Of a DNA stretch of 64,000 nucleotides, positions 62,655 to 64,000 are shown piece after piece; position 1 is the first letter of the stretch, and each line of letters begins with the position of its first letter. Position numbers and translations under genes: made by a program. The stretch is from NCBI GenBank assembly GCA_903821875.1, contig CAIJMU010000016.1, positions 36,961 through 100,960 of the forward strand, written 5' to 3'. This DNA is from an uncultured Spirochaetota bacterium. GTDB lineage: Bacteria > Spirochaetota > Spirochaetia > Treponematales > Rectinemataceae. The notes below the pieces were generated by a model. It made no database searches. It worked only from the letters and a program-made list of their open reading frames with translations, and was not told the origin of the DNA.

Positions 62655-63496
62655 GTGAACTTCCGCTCGTAACCATCCTCACCCCCACCTGGAACCGAGC
62701 CGCCTGCCTGCCCGCGCTCAAGCGCTCGCTCGAGGTCCAGGGTTGCCGCGATTTCGAATGGCTCATCATCGACGACGGCTCATCAGACGAAACGCCCCAA
62801 TTGCTTGCATCATGGTCGGGCGCCACGGAATTTCCCTGCCGCTTCGTCCGCACCGTAAACGGCGGCAAGCACCGGGCGATCAACCGGGCGATGCCCGAGG
62901 TCCACGGCGAGGCGGTATTCATTGTCGATTCGGACGATGAACTCCCGCCCGAGGCCATGGCACGGATCGCCGAACTCTGGCCGAAGGTCCGCGCCGACGC
63001 CGGACTGGTGGGGCTTGTGGGATACAGGGCCCATCGGGGCGGCTTGCGAATAGGGGCAGCTTTCCCGGCATCCCTCGACAGAGCGGACTCCATAGCTCTT
63101 CACTGGCGCTACGGCTGCAGGGGAGACAAGGCTGAGGTTTTCAAGCGGCACGCGCTTCTTGATAATCCCTTTCCCGAATTCGACAGGGAGAATTTCCTTA
63201 CCGAATCGGTGGTATGGAACCGAATTGCAGGGAAGGGGCAACTGTTGCTGGAGCCTTCAACGCTCTATCTCTGCGATTACCTGGATGACGGGCTTTCTGC
63301 ACGGAGCCTCGAGCTCCGGGTGAAAAACCCGCGAGGCGCGCAGCTCTATTATCGGGAACTGATGGGAAGCCGCATTCCTCCCGTCCCTCGGCTTCGCGCG
63401 ATCGCGAATTTCATGAGGATCAGCCTGTTGGCTGCGATTGGTCGGTTTCGTGAGTGCTGCATCGCCGGGTTTCGCTTCGGTGGGGACCGTAGGTGA
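62651..63496 (+). CDS. Glycosyltransferase family 2
   Basis: VTILTPTWNRAACL...WLIIDDGSSDET...IVDSDDELPP. The TTG start overlaps the upstream stop (TTGA). Confidence 0.8.
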   Translation: MSELPLVTILTPTWNRAACLPALKRSLEVQGCRDFEWLIIDDGSSDETPQLLASWSGATEFPCRFVRTVNGGKHRAINRAMPEVHGEAVFIVDSDDELPPEAMARIAELWPKVRADAGLVGLVGYRAHRGGLRIGAAFPASLDRADSIALHWRYGCRGDKAEVFKRHALLDNPFPEFDRENFLTESVVWNRIAGKGQLLLEPSTLYLCDYLDDGLSARSLELRVKNPRGAQLYYRELMGSRIPPVPRLRAIANFMRISLLAAIGRFRECCIAGFRFGGDRR

Positions 63497-64000
63497 AGAT
63501 TCTCCACATCATCAATACCCTTGGCATGGGTGGGGCTGAGCGGCTTCTTCTGGATCTTGCCCCTCGCATCATCGCGCGGGGTGACCGGATCCTGATCCTG
63601 GTACTCTCACCCAAGGGGGATCGCTACGGATCGCAATTGCGCTTGGCCGGGGCGGAAGTCCGATATTGCCGGAGCAAGCATATCTGGTCGCCGAAGGTAG
63701 TGCTGGAGATAGCCGGCGAACTGCGGAGATGGGATCCTGATGTTGTCCATGTGCACCTGTACCCCTCGGTGCTCTGGGCTTCGCTCTGCAATTCGCGACT
63801 ATCGCGTGCGCTCTGGATGCTGACCGAACACAATACGCGCCGTAGGGGGATGGGTTTCCCTTTTCTCCTTATGATCGAACGCTGGATCTACCGTCGGTAC
63901 GACCGGATCATCGCGATTAGCGAGGCCGTTAAAGAGGGTCTCATAGCCCGTCTGGATGACGCCAGAGTCCGCATCACGGTAATACCCAATGGTGTAGACC
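63493..64000 (+). CDS. Glycosyltransferase family 4 (partial; runs off the window end)
   Basis: GTG start overlapping the upstream stop (GTGA). VKILHIINTLGMGGAERLLLDLA...DVVHVHL...ISEAVKEGL. Not in the ORF track because no stop falls inside the window. Confidence 0.8.
   Translation, partial: MKILHIINTLGMGGAERLLLDLAPRIIARGDRILILVLSPKGDRYGSQLRLAGAEVRYCRSKHIWSPKVVLEIAGELRRWDPDVVHVHLYPSVLWASLCNSRLSRALWMLTEHNTRRRGMGFPFLLMIERWIYRRYDRIIAISEAVKEGLIARLDDARVRITVIPNGVD

Noticed and set aside
1-64000. Scan for mobile elements, prophage genes, tRNA/rRNA genes and defence systems (restriction-modification, CBASS, retrons, Cas, abortive infection).
   Set aside because: I recognised no integrase, transposase, recombinase or phage structural motifs. 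I also found no inverted terminal repeats, cloverleaf-like tRNA sequences or defence-associated domains. The only addiction or defence-type module is vapBC.

Overview
High-GC bacterial chromosomal segment, judged by eye and not computed. It is densely packed with about 57 protein-coding genes on both strands. Many genes are translationally coupled through ATGA, GTGA or TTGA stop/start overlaps. I recognised no rRNA, tRNA, CRISPR array, transposase, integrase or phage gene. The many long ORFs lying antisense to recognisable genes are treated as high-GC artefacts.

Layout:
- 1-8.4 kb: housekeeping and envelope genes (thrC partial, ferritin, nitroreductase, tag, a PEGA/FlgD-Ig lipoprotein, a CorC/CNNM-type protein, Pr6Pr, SIMPL).
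- 8.4-13.4 kb: a tightly coupled four-gene operon of class-III aminotransferase, kinase-like hypothetical, C69/secernin-like Cys-Ntn hydrolase and radical-SAM/SPASM enzyme. No pathway can be assigned, and the radical-SAM gene carries an apparent frameshift in its Cys-rich tail.
- 13.5-20.5 kb: a CoA-transferase, then an operon of SCP2-like protein, class-III aminotransferase, split transketolase, a second SCP2-like paralogue and TetR.
- 20.6-36.8 kb: a carbohydrate locus with a GH57-like protein, a ThuA/ThuB-like pair and a ROK repressor. It also holds two DegT-family aminotransferases, Gfo/Idh/MocA oxidoreductases, a xylose-isomerase-type isomerase and a Hyi-like TIM barrel, plus a creatininase-family hydrolase, an ABC importer without an ATPase and an epimerase.
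- 36.9-42.6 kb: an operon of ROK kinase, SIS isomerase, two PIG-L deacetylases, an orphan GatC-type PTS IIC permease and a hypothetical.
- 42.6-57.8 kb: vapBC, ettA, glgX, fabG/fabD, an ATL protein, a DMT transporter, thyX, an alpha-amylase lipoprotein, a degenerate-GGDEF/hemerythrin protein and an MBL hydrolase.
- 57.8-64 kb: the start of an exopolysaccharide-type locus (wHTH regulator, WbaP-like priming transferase, GT2, GT4).

The most unusual items are the aminotransferase/kinase-like/Ntn-hydrolase/rSAM operon and the two-DegT catabolic-looking sugar locus. Also notable are the orphan IIC plus double PIG-L operon and three genes whose conserved N-termini lie upstream of any ATG/GTG/TTG. 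Several short tandem repeats complete the list.

All functional calls rest on motif and family recognition from the translated ORFs. No database search was run.
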